Shown here piece by piece: positions 25,617-38,852 of a stretch of DNA of 64,000 nt. Within the stretch, counting starts at the first letter, position 1. Each line of letters starts with the position of its first letter. The stretch is from Mobula hypostoma (taxonomy: Eukaryota): the NCBI RefSeq assembly GCF_963921235.1, contig NC_086097.1, positions 123,072,001 through 123,136,000 of the forward strand, in the 5' to 3' direction. Below the pieces are notes generated by a model. It was not told the DNA's origin. It searched no databases and saw only the letters and a program-made list of their open reading frames with translations. Made by a program: the position numbers and the translations under genes.

Positions 25617-26610
25617 TGCAAGGCGGTGGGAATGAAGCAACAGGGAGCTTGGACAAGTTGGGAGAAGGCGGTTGAGAGGAAAGTGACCTGGGCTGAGCTT
25701 TGGAAAGCCGAACCACACCGCATCCAATTTCTCATCCAGGCAGTGTACGATGTGCTTCCAAGCCCATCAAACCTGCACACATGGGGCAAGGCAGAGTCAT
25801 CTGCGTGCCCACTGTGCTCTAAGCGAGGAACCCTGGAGCACATCCTCAGCGGCTGTGCAAGGGCACTTGGTGAGGGACGGTACAGGTGGAGGCATGATCA
25901 GGTCCTGAAGACCATCGCTGAAGCCGTCAGCGCAGGAGTTGAGTGGGCGAAGCGGTCCCGACCCTCCAAGCAGACCATTGCCTTTGTCAGAGCTGGGGAG
26001 CTGTCAATACCTGCCAAAAGAACATCTGCAGGCATTCTGACCTCTGCAAGGGACTAGCAGCTGTTGGTGAACCCCGAAGGGCAGCTGAAGTTCCCCAACC
26101 ATATCGCAGCCACCACCCTGCGACCAGACATTGTCCTGGTGTCTGAGTCGACTAAGCAAGTGGTGCTGCTGGAGCTGACAGTCCCATGGGAAGATAGCTT
26201 GGAAGAGGCCTTTGAAAGGAAGCTCTCCAAGTACGCAGGACTGGTCAGCAACTGTCAGCAGGCTGGATGGAGAGCGAGGTGTCTCCCAGTGGAGGTCGGT
26301 TGTAGGGGATTCATAGCCCGTTCTTTAGCTAGAGCCTTCAGCATTTTGGGCATCGAGGGAGAGAGGAAGAGGAGAGCCATCCGCAGTACCACCGATGCGG
26401 CAGAGAGGGTCTCAAGATGGCTGTGGCTCAAAAGAGGGGAGCCATGGAGTCATAAGTAGCTAGCCATCTGGACACAAGCTGGGGTCTGATCAGCCCCGGA
26501 TGGGTCACCTGGAGGAGGTTGTATGACGTTGAAAGACCCGAAACACCCGATGATTCCAGGAACATCACTGAAGATGTGTCCAGAAGCATCAATAGATGTA
26601 TGTACACAAT
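25617..26610 (+). mobile_element. 5'-truncated HERO-like (REL-endonuclease) non-LTR retrotransposon; ORF 25617-26459 with a single nonsense codon (26055-26057)
   Basis: CCHC knuckle CPLCSKRGTLEHILSGC, RHDQVL, PD-(D/E)xK-like RPDIVLVS...LLELTVPWE, K..KY, VEVGCRGF. Confidence 0.85.
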
Positions 26611-26631
26611 ACCTGGTGCATTGTTTGAATT

Positions 26632-26856
26632 AGAAACACTAAGGATTCTGCAGATGCTTGAAATCCAGAGCAATACACACAAAATGCTGGAGGAACCTAG
26701 CAAGTCAGGCAGCATCAATGGACAGGAATAAAAAGTTGATGTTTCAGGCCGAGGCCGAGTTCTGATGAAGGATCTCAGTCCGAAACATTGACTGTTTAGT
26801 CCTTTCCGTAGATGCTGCCTGAACTGCTGAGCTCCTTTGGCATTTGTGTGTGTTGA
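26632..26856. mobile_element. Palindromic Penelope-terminus element with 12-bp TSD
   Basis: TSD ATTGTTTGAATT at 26620-26631 and 26857-26868; inverted arms; + arm has CTGATGA-A-GGATC(TC)AGTCC-GAAA. Confidence 0.85.
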
Positions 26857-27692
26857 ATTGTTTGAATTGTGTGCTGTGATCAACAACACTGCTTTCAAAC
26901 TAACATTACATTCAGCTAAATGTATTAATTAAATAAAACTGTCACTTAATAATTCACTACAAGGTTTACAGAACGATGCAAATCAATGACTTTTCTACAC
27001 ATCTTACGTATTAAAATGCTGCACGTTATAGAAAAGGCTGTATATCTAGCTAGATTTACAGTTGCTATTCTCACATAAATGCCAATACAGCATAGTGGTT
27101 TAAAACCTTATTTCAATCTTCTTTATAAAACTATTAATGGTGATCACACCTGGATAGCTATCAGTTTTAACATGACGACCACATGTAATGTACAGATGAC
27201 AAAGAAGTTCCATTGCGCATTGCCGCATTTTGCAGATGAGCACAATATCTTTCAACAATCAGCTTTGATAAAAGAGTTGCTTTAATTGGCAGAGGTACAT
27301 TGAAACACCAAAATGTACAGTGAAATGCAGGGTTTAAACCAAATCATGTCAATGAGGATTGTGATAGGGGTAGGTAGCAAGTGTCGTCATGCTCCACTGC
27401 CAACCTAACATGCTGACAACTAACTAACCCTAAGTGAATGTGGGAGGAATGCGGAGCACATGGAGGAAACCCGTGTGGACACGGCGAGAACGTACAAAAT
27501 CCTTACAGACTGTGGCGGCCACTAATTGGTGATCACTGTAAAGTGACTGTGCTAACTGCTAGGCTAATACCTTCACATCACTCTGAGAATTCAACACTTC
27601 GAGACATGGGCAACACATACAAAATGCTGGAGAACTCAGCAGGTCAGGCAGCAACTATGGAAAAGAGAATACAGTCAATGTTTCGGGCCAAG

Positions 27693-29560
27693 AACATAAG
27701 GCCATAGGACATAGGAGCAGAATTAGGCCATTCAGCCCATCGCATCTGCTCTGTCATTCCATCATGGCTGATCCTGGCTCCCACTCAACCTCATACACCT
27801 GCCTTCTTACCATAATATTTGATGCCTTGACTGATCAGGAAGCTATCAACTTTCATTTTAAACATAGCCACAGTCTTGGCCTCCACCACAGTCTGTGGCA
27901 GAACACTCCACAGATTCACTACTCTCTGGTTAAAAAAACTTCCTCCTTACCTCTATTCTGAAGGGTCACCCGCACAATTTTGAGTAAGTACCCTCTAGTT
28001 CTGGACACCCCCACTATAGAAGACATTCTCCACATCCACTTTATCTAGTCCTTTCAACATTCGGTAGGTTTCAAAGGGATCCCCCAACATTTTTCTGAAT
28101 TCCAGTGAATATAGGCCCAAAGCTGCCAAACTTTCCTCATATGTTAGCTCTTGCATTCCCGATCATCCCTGTGAACCTCCTCTGGACTCTCTCCAATAAC
28201 AACACAACCTTTCTGAGATAAGGGGCCCAAAACTGTTGACAATATGCCAAGTGGGGACTAACTTCTGTGTCTTATAAAGCCTCAGCATTATCTCCTTATT
28301 TTTATATTCTATTCCCTTTGAAATTAATGCCAACATTGCATTTGCCTTCTTTACCACAGACTCAACCTGAAAATTAACCTCTGGGAGTTCTGCATGAGGA
28401 CTCCTAAGTCCCTCTGCACCTCTGATGTTTGAATTTTCTCTCCATTTAGATAATAGTCTGCACTAGTGTTCCTTTTACCAAAATGCATTATCATGCATTT
28501 CCCAACACTGTATTCCATTTGCCACTTTTTTGCCCATTCTTCCAATTTGTTTAATTTCATTTGAAATTGCATTGCTTCCTCAGCACTACCTACCCCTCCA
28601 CCTATCTTCGTATCATCCGCAAACTTTGCCACAAAGCCATAAATTCCATTATCTAAATCACTGACAAACAATGTGAAAAGTAATGGTCCCAATACTGACC
28701 ACTGAGGAACACCACTAGTCACTGGCAGCCAACCCGAAAAGGTCCCCTTTATTCCCACTCACTGCCTCCTGCCTGTCAGACATTCCTCTGTACAGGCCAG
28801 TATATTCCCTGTAATGCCATGGGAATTTATCTTGTTAAACGCCTCATGTGTGGCATCATATCAACTGCCTTCTGAAAATCCAAGTAAATGACATCTACTC
28901 TCTCTCCTTTGACCACTCTGCTTGTTCCTTACTCAAAGAACTCTTTAACAGATTTGACAGGCAAGACTTCCCTTTACAGAAACTATGCTGACTTTGACTT
29001 ATCTTATCATAAGTCTCCAAGTACCACAAAACCCAATCCTTAATAACAGACCCCAACACTTTCCCAACCACTGAGGTTCGGCTAACTGGCCTATAATTTC
29101 CTTTCTTTTGCCTTCTTCCCTTCTTAAAGAGTAGAGTGACATTTGCAATCTTCCAGTCCTCTGAGACCATGCCAGAATCAAGTGATTCTTGAAAGATCAT
29201 AACCAATGCATTTGTTATCTCTTCAGCAACCTCTTTCAGAACTCTGGGATGTAGTCCATCTGGTCCAGGTGATTTACCACCTTAAGACCTTTCAGTTTGC
29301 CCAGCAATTTTTCCTTTGTAATAGCAATGGCACTCACTCCTGCTCCCTGACACTCACAGACCTCTGGCACACTGCTAGTGCCTTCCACATTGAAAGCTGA
29401 TGCAACGTACTTATTGTTCATCTGCCATTTCTTTGTCTCCCATTCCCCTCTCACCAACATCATTTTCCAGTGGTCCAATATCAACTTTCATCTCCATTTT
29501 ACTCTTTATATAACTGAAAAGACTTTTAGTATCCTGCTTTATATTATTGGCTAGTTTGCC
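27693..29560 (-). mobile_element. 5'-truncated CR1 LINE (RT remnant) nested in a Penelope terminus (27610-27692 and 29561-29910)
   Basis: ORFs 28351-28758 (SGVPQ.SVLGPLLF...KFADDTK) and 28895-29206; the host hammerhead motif GTTTCGGGCCAAGA|CCCTTCATCAGG is split by the insertion. Confidence 0.9.
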
Positions 29561-31328
29561 CTTCATCAGGGCTGGAAAGGATGAGCAGAAGTCAAAGTAG
29601 AAGGTGAGGGGAGGGAAGGAAGAAGTACCTGGCAGGTGATGGGTGAAACTGAGAGGGGGGGGGGTGAAGTGAAGAGCTGGGAAGTTGATTGGTGAAGGAG
29701 ATAAAGGGAAGGGGGAATCTGATATGACAGGACAGAAGATCATGGAGGAAAGGGAAGGGGGAGGAGCACCAGAGGGAGGTGATGGGCAGCTAAAGAAACA
29801 GGTGAGAGAGGGAAACAGGAATGGGGAATGGTGGAAGTACTGGAAGTTCGAGAGATCGATATTCATGTCATCGGGTTGGAGGCTACTCAGAGGGAAATCA
29901 AGGTGCTGCCCCTCTATGAAGGCTCATCATGGCAGAAGACTTACAGACATGAATTTTCCTTGTTCCTCCTATGTGACTCCTGTGTCAGGGATGTGCAAGG
30001 TGAGATGCCATGCTCTGTTTTATGTCCGGCTGTAGTGGGTATGTTTGTTATTAAGTGCTCCTAGTAGGAACTGATCTTTCCAAGCCTGGACCAGGACACC
30101 TATCGTAAGTGAACATTTATCCTTCAGCATTCTGACTGACAGTGGGGGAATCTAGCACCTGAGGGCACAGACTCACAATACAAGGCCATCCCTTCAGAAA
30201 GGAGAAGAGCAGGAAATTTCTTTCACCAGGGGATGGAGAATCTGTGGAATTCATTGCCACAGGAAGCCAAGTCATTGGCTATATTTAAAGTGGAGGCTGA
30301 TAGCTTCTTGATTTGTAAGGGTGTTAAAGATTACAGGAAGAAGGCAGGAGAATAGGGTTGAGAGGGATAATAAATCAGCTATGATCGAATGGCAAAGCAG
30401 GCTCGAGGGGCCAAATCACTTAATTCTGCTCCTATGTCTTAGGGTGTTCTGCACTGCACAACACTGAGCCACCATCTCTATCTGTTCTTGATGATCATTT
30501 TGAGTTCCATTTCCAGATCAGTAACTGACCAGGAAATAAACATGATTGAAAGTGCCATTTCTGAATCTGTATGATCATCACCATCCGTTCCTATTCCCCA
30601 AACATCACCACTGAAACTTTTGGTCCCTCTATCCCCCATTGTCATCACTAAAAAAAGAAGACTCCCCTCCACAGCATGTCACCAGTAACAAAAACATGAG
30701 TTTCAATCCTCTTCCATTGATTTTAAAACTGAAGGCCACCTAGCTCACTATCACTATTGAAAACTATGATCATTTTACTGCAAGTCCCCACCATCACTAT
30801 AGCAACTGCTGACCCCAACGTCTCCTTCGCTACACAAACTGCTGACTCAGCTGAACTTGTGATAATCAATCAGCCTACACCCAGCATGCACCAGGAGTGG
30901 CAGGTAGGACACTGTGGGCATTTGGCTCAACTGAGATTTTCCGCAGAGGTACAGCGATCAATAACTCTGTGTAGGCACTCACCTTAGAATTTAGCCCTAA
31001 CACTAGCATCCAAAAATATAATTTATATAAGCAAAAGGATTTCAGAACTGTCAACTCAGTACTCTGTAAAATGAGAAGGAAATTAAAGCAATCTGTGGGA
31101 GCTGCAGGCTGTTATCCAGCAGCCGTCTTTAGAAAGTAGATGGGTACAGAATTAAAGATAGAATTGAGTTGCTCTGTGCAGGTGAATAATGTATCTCTCA
31201 CATGCAATCCAGCCAAAAGGTACAACAAACTTTGAATAATAACTTAGTTATTGTCGCTGTATTCCAAAGAGAGTTGGTGCTAACAACATTATTGTACACA
31301 CTTTAAAAAGGAAACCTTGCAACAAATA

Positions 31329-31752
31329 CACTCAGTAGCCACTTTATTAGATACCTCCTAAATGGCTACTGAGTGTACGCTTGAGCTTTTCTGTTGCTAT
31401 AGCACATCTCCTTCAAGGTTTGCTATGTTGTGCATTCAGAGATGCTCTTCTGTACACAACTATTGTAACACGTGATAATAGAGGTACTGTCACCTTCCTG
31501 TCAGCTTAAATTGTCTGGCCATTGTCCTACGACCTCTCTCATTAACAAGGCAGACCAAATATCAGAATGGGGAAGAAATGTGATCTCATATGTTTGAGAC
31601 CGTGCAATAATTATTGGTGCTAGACAAGGTGGTTTGGGCATCTCAGAAACTGCTGGTTTCCTGGGATTTTCATGCACAAGTCCCTAGGGTTTACAGAGAA
31701 TGGTGCAAAAAATAAACCAAAAGATCCACTGAGTGGCAGTTCTGTGGCCAAT
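31329..31752. mobile_element. Rearranged Tc1-derivative MITE
   Basis: TA-CACTCAGTAGCCACTTTATTAG terminus; internal pieces in both orientations. Confidence 0.7.
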
Positions 31753-33423
31753 AAGTGTATATGTCCTCCAGTCCTGATGAAGCGTCTCAGCCCAAAACAT
31801 CACCTCTTATTCCCCTCCATAGATGCTGCCTGACCTGCTGAGTACCTCCAGCATTTTTTGCGTGTTATTCTGGATTTCCAGCATTTACAGAATCTCATGT
31901 TTATGGTTCCCCAGTGCTCTCTTTGCTTTGGAGATAAGCTGAACAGCTTTGCAAGTTGGTAAAGTCTCTGTGAAGTTACGTGTTTCTGTGGTCGAATGCA
32001 TTTGAAGTTACGTTGATCAATACCTGTTATTTCTGAAAATTAAGTCCATAAGGACGTTTCCCTTTTGCTCTTTTCCTGTAGTCTGCAGATAGCACAACAG
32101 CAATCAAAAGACTTGTGGCAAACAGCTCCCACAATTAATAAGGTGAATCTACTCCTTACAACCTCCTCCAAAATTCATTCTTGACAGTTACATAATATAT
32201 ATTATACATAATTATGATAAATAGATATTGTTAAACGACTGTAAATATATGTTATACATCAACTATGTTTTAATAAAATCCTCTCTCATCAGATTAATGT
32301 GGCTAAATTAACAATTGGCAATGTAAGGACTTTAAAAACCTGAGCGCTTGTGTTGTAAGTGGCAGTTTGTGACACTAATGGAATCAAAATAAGATATAGC
32401 TAACCCGTTGATAAATCAGCCATCACAGTGTTGAGATAAATTAAGTTTAGGTTTTAAAACGATTGTTAAAGTCTTCTCTCTTTTTGCATTCCCCATTCTG
32501 GCTCCCTTCTGACCCCTTTTCTTCTCATCACCTCCCTCTGGTGCCCCTCTTCATTCCTTTTGTCCCATGGTCTGTTCAAGTTCAAGTTTAATTGTCATTC
32601 AATCATACATGAATACCCACCAGTACAGCCAAATGAAACCACATTACTCCGAGGCCGAGGTGCAAACTACAGTACAGCACAAGGCACATATAAGATCGCA
32701 AGCACATATGTCAGTAAAATAAATTCATACAATCAAAAATATAGTCCAAGACCCTGAGTCCATAAAAGTTGCAGCAGCCCACAGAGAAAAACACAACATG
32801 GCTTGTCTTCTGCCGAGCAAACACTAGGGGGCAGCACCAACTCCAGCCTGGACGCACGCCACATAGCCCTTGGCACGCACCGACTCCAACACCTCTCTCC
32901 TGCACGTCTGTAAACAGGCGACGCCACGTCTTGGGGCCTCGTCCTTGCTATGACCAATGCCATACATCTCCCCTGCTGTCCGCCGATAACAAGAAAGCGA
33001 CTAAGATGATCTCTCATTGTTAAACTGCACATCGTCTTTGCACACTGACTCCTCCAATGCAGGCACCAAGTCCAGCTCCTTCAGCTTCTCTACCAAGACC
33101 TGCAGTACTTTACTTGCAATCTCCTTTTCTTTCAGATTCCTTCTACAGCTCTTTACCTTTTCCACAGATCACCTCCCAGCTTCTCAATTCATTCTCCCTC
33201 CCCCATCCACCTACCTCCTCCCCTACCTGGTTTTACCTATCACTTGTCACTCCTTTGACTCCCTATACCTTTTTATTGTGGCTTATTCCCCCTTCCTTTC
33301 CAGTCCTGATGAAGGGTCTTGGGCCAAAACGTCCACTGTTATTTCTCTCAATACATGCTACCTGACCTGCTGAGTTCCTCCAGTATTTTGTGCGTGTTAC
33401 ATAAGACCTAATCATGTGGGAAT

Positions 33424-33732
33424 GTTGGCGCGTGGCCAAGTGGTTAAGGCGTCGGTCTAGTGATCTGAAGGTTGCTAGTTCGAGCCTCAGCTGAGGCAGT
33501 GTGTTGTGTCCTTGAGCAAGGCACTTAACCACACATTGCTCTGCGATGACACCGGTGCCAAGCTGTATCGGCCCTAGTGCCCTTCCCTTGGACAACATTG
33601 GTGGAGTGGAGTGTTGTGAAGACTTGCAGCATGGGCAACTGCCTGTCTTCCATACAACCTTGCCCAGGCCTGCGCCCTGGAAACCTTCCAAGGCTCAAAT
33701 CCATGGTCTCACGAGACTAACGGATGCCTATA
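33424..33732 (+). mobile_element. tRNA-derived SINE with CORE-like central block
   Basis: A box TGGCCAAGTGG, B box GTTCGAGCC, GTGTCCTTGAGCAAGGCACTTAAC; TSD TA(A/G)TCATGTGGG at 33409-33420 and 33733-33744. Confidence 0.85.
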
Positions 33733-34844
33733 TAGTCATGTGGGTAATACACAGTTAGCCTGTGAGGTCTGACATTTGGAACAATTGCAAGACAGGAAGT
33801 TACCGCTTTACTTTGAAGTTTTATAGAAAACCAAATACAAATGTAATGCTTCCTAATAAATGTTCACTTGCATCAGAGGTTCAGGGTGATTGCTGTTACA
33901 GCCCTCAGGCTTAGTCAAAACAGCAGTTGCTTCATGGTACGTTGCCTGCAGTTTCACCTTTCGGTATATAATATCCTCACTTTCATATGTCCTTGCACAT
34001 TTCGCTGTAACCCTTCCAAAAGCCCACTGCCAATTTTCAATAGAAATCCCGAATTCACTACCAAAATGTCAAAGAAGTCATTTAATTATCATTGTGTTGT
34101 TTGTCCTTGATAATATTATAATGTTGTTTGAAGCAACAGTGAATCTCTCTCTCTCTCTATTTACTTACTTACTTACTTACTTTCTGTCTGGGTACTCTCC
34201 AACTTGATGGCATGAATATAAATTTCTCCTTCCAGTAAACAAATTTTGCCCCCCCCCCCCATCTTCCTCTGTTTCCCATACTGACCTTTCACTTCTTCTC
34301 ATCTGCCTATCATTTTGACCTGGTCTCCTCCGTCCCTTTCTCCTATTGTCCACACTTCTCTCCAATCAGATTTTTTCTTCTCCAGCGCTGGACCTTTCCC
34401 ACTCTCCTGGCTTCACCTATCACCTTCCAGCTAGCCTTTTTCCCCCTCCTCCCCACCTTTTTATTCTGACTCTTCTCCCTTCCTTCTCTGTCCTGAAGAA
34501 GGGTTTTGGTCCGAAACGTCAAATGTTTACTCTTTTCCATTACCAAACAGCCTGTGTCAGGTGAGATCTGCTTCAGAAAGCAATGGTTGGATAAGAAAGG
34601 GTTGCTTCTTACTGTACAATGAACTCAGTGATCCTTGAAAGGGAAAGAGCAATCTTACGAGGAATGCTGAATTTAATATCTCAAAATGGCTGCATGCTTA
34701 CAGAAATACATCTAAAATAGGTGCTTCCCACCCAAGGTGGCTACATTGCTCTTCCTGAACCAATCCTGCTGATAACTGAACTTCAGACAAATTTATGGTA
34801 TTTGACTGTCCTGTAAAATCACAAAATCTCTCATTCTGCATTCA

Positions 34845-36300
34845 AAGTTCAAAGTAAATTTTATATTGAAGTACATATATGTCACTATATACAACCCTGA
34901 GATTCATTTTCTTGTGGGCATACTCAGCAAATCTGTAGAATAGCAACTATAACAGGATCAATGAAAGATCAACCAGAGTGCAGAAGACAACAAACTGTGC
35001 AATTGCAGATATATAGCAATATAATAATAAGAACGTGAGATAATGAGATAAAGAGTCCTTAAAGTGAGATCATTGGTTGTGAGAACATTTCAATGATGGG
35101 GCAAGTGAGTGTAGTTCTCCCCTTCTATTCAAAAGCCTGATGATTGAGAGGCAGTAACTGTTCTTGAACCCGGTAGTGTGAGTCCTGAGGCTCCTGTACC
35201 TTCTCCCTGATGGCAGCAGCGAGTAGAGGGCATGACCTGGTTGCTGAGGATCTCTGCTGATGGATGCTTCTTTCCTACAATGTTACATGTAGAAGTGCTC
35301 AGTGGTTAGGAGGGCTTTACCCATGAACTACTGGGCCAAATCCACTGTCTTTTGTAGAATTTTCCATTCAATAGTATTGGTGTTTTCATACCAGGCCGCG
35401 ATGCAGCTGCTCAATATACTCTCCACTACACATCTGTTTGTCAAAGTTTTAGATGTCATGCCGAGTTTGCACAGACTCCTAAGGAAGTGGAGGTGCTGCC
35501 GAGCTTTCTTTGCAGTTGTACTTACAGTACATGCTGGATCCAGGACAGGTCCTCTGAAATAAGAACATCCAGGAATTTGAAGTTTCCACCTCTGATCCTC
35601 GATGAGGACTGGCTCATGGACTTTTGGTTTCCCTCTTCTGAAGTCTATAATCAGTTCCTTGGTCTTGCTGACATCGAGTGAGAGGTTGTTATTATGAAAT
35701 CAGTCAGCCAAATTTCCAATCAAAATCAGGCTTATATTACAATGACACACATCATGAAGTTTGGTGTTTTGTAGCAGCGTTGCAATGCAAGATATGAAAA
35801 TTACCGTAAGTTACAAAACTAAATAAATAGGTAGTGCTCATGGACCATTTAACAATCTGGTGGTGGAGGCTAAGAAGCTGTTCCTAAAAGGCTGAGTGTG
35901 GGTCTCCAGGCTGTTGTACCTTCTCCCCAGTGGCAGAATTGAGAAGTGGGCATGTCCTGCCTGGTGAGGGTACTTAGTGATGGACGCCAGGTTTTTGAGG
36001 CACCACCTCTGGACGAAGTCCTGAACAGGAAGCAGGGCTGTGTCGTGATGGAGCTGACTAAGTCTGCACATTCTGCAGCACCTTTCGATTCTGCACAATG
36101 GAGACTCCATACTAGGCGGTGGTGCCGCCAGTCAGAATGCTCTCTGTAAAAATTTGCTAGTCCTCGGTGACATACCGTACCTTTTCAACACCCAATAAAG
36201 AGGAGCCGCTGGTAGTCCTTATTCACGACAGTGCGAATATTTTGGGCCCAAGATCAATCCTCTGCGATGCTGACATCCATCAACTTGAAACTGCTCACCC
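34845..36300 (-). mobile_element. Two adjacent decayed Rex-Babar 3' fragments
   Basis: LP.GRRY.SL...FRNSF motifs on the minus strand (e.g. ORF 35838-36110) and (TTTGAAC)n-type tail. Confidence 0.7.
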
Positions 36301-37504
36301 TTTCCATCACTGAATAAAGAGAACTTTCCAGCACGTGTGGCCTGTGGACAGCACGCTTCCATGTCCTTCCCTGACGAGACTGAGACACGGATGCTGGGAC
36401 AACACCTAGTGGCTGTCAGCAGGAGACAACAACTTTGGGAAAGGCTCACTCAAGCCATTCAACCTTGGGTTCTAGATTGTGCGTTGAATTATGATGACAG
36501 ACGCAATGGTATCAATAAACCAGAAACCCAGAGATAATCCAAAGAAAATCAGAAGAATGGGTAGGGGCTGAGGATGGGGGTGAGGGTGGTGTCGTTGAAT
36601 TGGCAGTTTTGCTCTCCATGGCATGTCCTCCACTCTAAATGCAATGAATTTTCTCCAGGACTGTCAAAGAGAAGTAAATATAAATATATCAGTGACCTTT
36701 CTCTTCAAAATACCCCAAAAACCATAAGCCTTTAAGGCCAAAGCCGATTTCTATTCATTCTCATTACTGTCACCAAATCTGATTTTCATCTCCAGCTCTT
36801 TTAGTGTCATGAGGTTAATAAATGATACATAGGAAACCATAATAAATAAGAAGAGAAGCGGTGAATATATTATGTGTGCCCTAGTGTGGTCATTCAATCT
36901 TTCTCTGCTTTGCAAGATTTGGGTTTCAAGGATACATACTCAATGCCAATGTTAACCCTTCTCTCCGACACAGCTAAGATTAGGTAAAGGATTACTTTAT
37001 TTGTCACATGTACACTGAAGAAAGCAGTAAAATGTATTGTTTGGATCTGCAGCCAATAAAGTTCATGGATATACCGGGGGCAGCCCACAAGTGTCGTCAT
37101 GCTTCCAGCACCAACACAGCATGCCCACAACTTACTAACCCTAATCTGGATGTCTTTGGAACGTGGGTGGAAACCAGAGCACCCGGAGGAAACCCACGTG
37201 GTTGTGTGCAAAAAGTACAAACACCTTAAGGGCAGCAGCGGAACGTGCTGTGAAGTGTTATGATAACCCTGCACTACCGTACCACCCACACAAATAAACA
37301 CGAAATAATTCTTCAGAATGTTTGCAGACCTTGAACCTGAACACAGAGCAATTCCCCATTTGCTTCTTATTTCCTTTCAGAGGAAACTCACGTTAGTTAC
37401 TTAATTGATTTTTCAGAGTTATATAGAGTAATACAGCATGGAAACAGGCTCTTCGGCCCATCTCATCCATGCCAACCAAGATCGAAGCGAGCATCACATT
37501 TACC

Positions 37505-38852
37505 TGCTTATGGCACAGTTCAGTGTCCCCTTGGTTTTCAAGGCAGCAACCATCATTCCAGTACCAAAGAAGGTGAGCCTGTCTAAATGATTATAGTCCG
37601 GTGGCATTACCATCAACCATTATGGAGTGTATTAAAGCTTATCTCCCGGTTACATGGGACCTGTTCCAGTCTATCCACTGACGATGCAAGAGCTTCTGTC
37701 CGTCCACTCTGTCCTGTCCTACCTGGAAGATGGGGTCTCATATGCCAGACTGCTGTTTATAGACCTCAGTTTGGTATTTGATGCCATCATATCCCAGAAA
37801 CTGGTTGGGAAACTATCCTCACAGTGTCCCAACAGCTCCCCCTGTAACCAGATCCTAGACTCCTCAATGGCAAGGCAACAGTCGGTCCATGTGGGCAGCA
37901 ATATCTCCAGTCCCATTACACTGAACACTGGCACTCCCCAAGGCTGTGTGCTCAGCCCGCTGCTGGTCACACTGCGGACGAATGACTGTGTCACAGGATT
38001 CAGCTCGAACCTTGTCTTCAAGTTTGCAGACGACACAGCAGTGGCTGGCCTCATCAACAACGATGATGAATCTGAGTACAGAGGGGAAGTGGAGCAGCTG
38101 GTGGACTGGTGTGGGAAGAACAACCCAAGTCTGAATGTGGGGAAAACCAAGGAAATCAGTGTTGGCTTCAGGAAGGAGCAGATGAACTAACCCCCTTCGT
38201 GAATACACAGTGCCTCTGTAGAGTGTGTTAAGTAACCTCACCTGGTCCCTCAATATCACCTCCCTGAACTAAAAGGCACAGCAGCGCCTCCAATTCTGAG
38301 GAGAATGAGGCAAGCAAGGCTCTCACCCTGCATCTTAACTACATTTTACAGGAGCACCACTGAGAGCGTCCTGACAAACTGCACCTTCATCTGGTATGGG
38401 AGCAGCCGAGCATTAGACCGGAAGTCCCTACAAAGGACTATGAGAACAGCTGAGAGGATCATAGGGGTCTCCCTACCATCCATCATTTATCAGGAATACT
38501 GCATATGCAGGGCCCTTAGTATTATCAAGGATGTTCCCGCCCATCCAACGTCCTCTTTGAATTTCTGCCATCAGGTATGAGACGCCGATGCATAATGACA
38601 AGAACAGTTAGGATGGGAAACAGCTTCTTCTGTCAAGCCATTCAAAGTGTCACCAGTTAATATGTTCTGCACCTTATAATATTTAATGTATGTACTTTAT
38701 TTATGTGTATTAATCTGTAGATTTAACCTTACTTTCCTAAGTTAAAGTGTGTTATGTGTACTAGAGTGATTTACACCCTGATCCAAAGAAACATTGTCTC
38801 ATTGGATGCTATACGTGTATATAGTTAATTGACAATAAACTTGACTTGACTT
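37505..38852 (+). mobile_element. Decayed Rex-Babar LINE (RT to 3' tail)
   Basis: ORF 37654-38190 YARLLFID...[13 protein letters not shown]...KFADDT; (ACTTG)n tail at ~38839-38852. Confidence 0.85.

Noticed and set aside
26521..26580. Hammerhead-like words (GAAAC, CTGAAGA) in the HERO 3' UTR
   Set aside because: Cannot be arranged with the required helices I-III and NUH triplet
32072..32142. Plus-strand exon-like segment (cttttcctgtag...AAGgtgaat)
   Set aside because: Isolated, no recognisable product and no partner exons
33424..33500. Possible tRNA gene
   Set aside because: The A/B boxes continue into a CORE-like body and LINE-like tail with a TSD, so it is a SINE head
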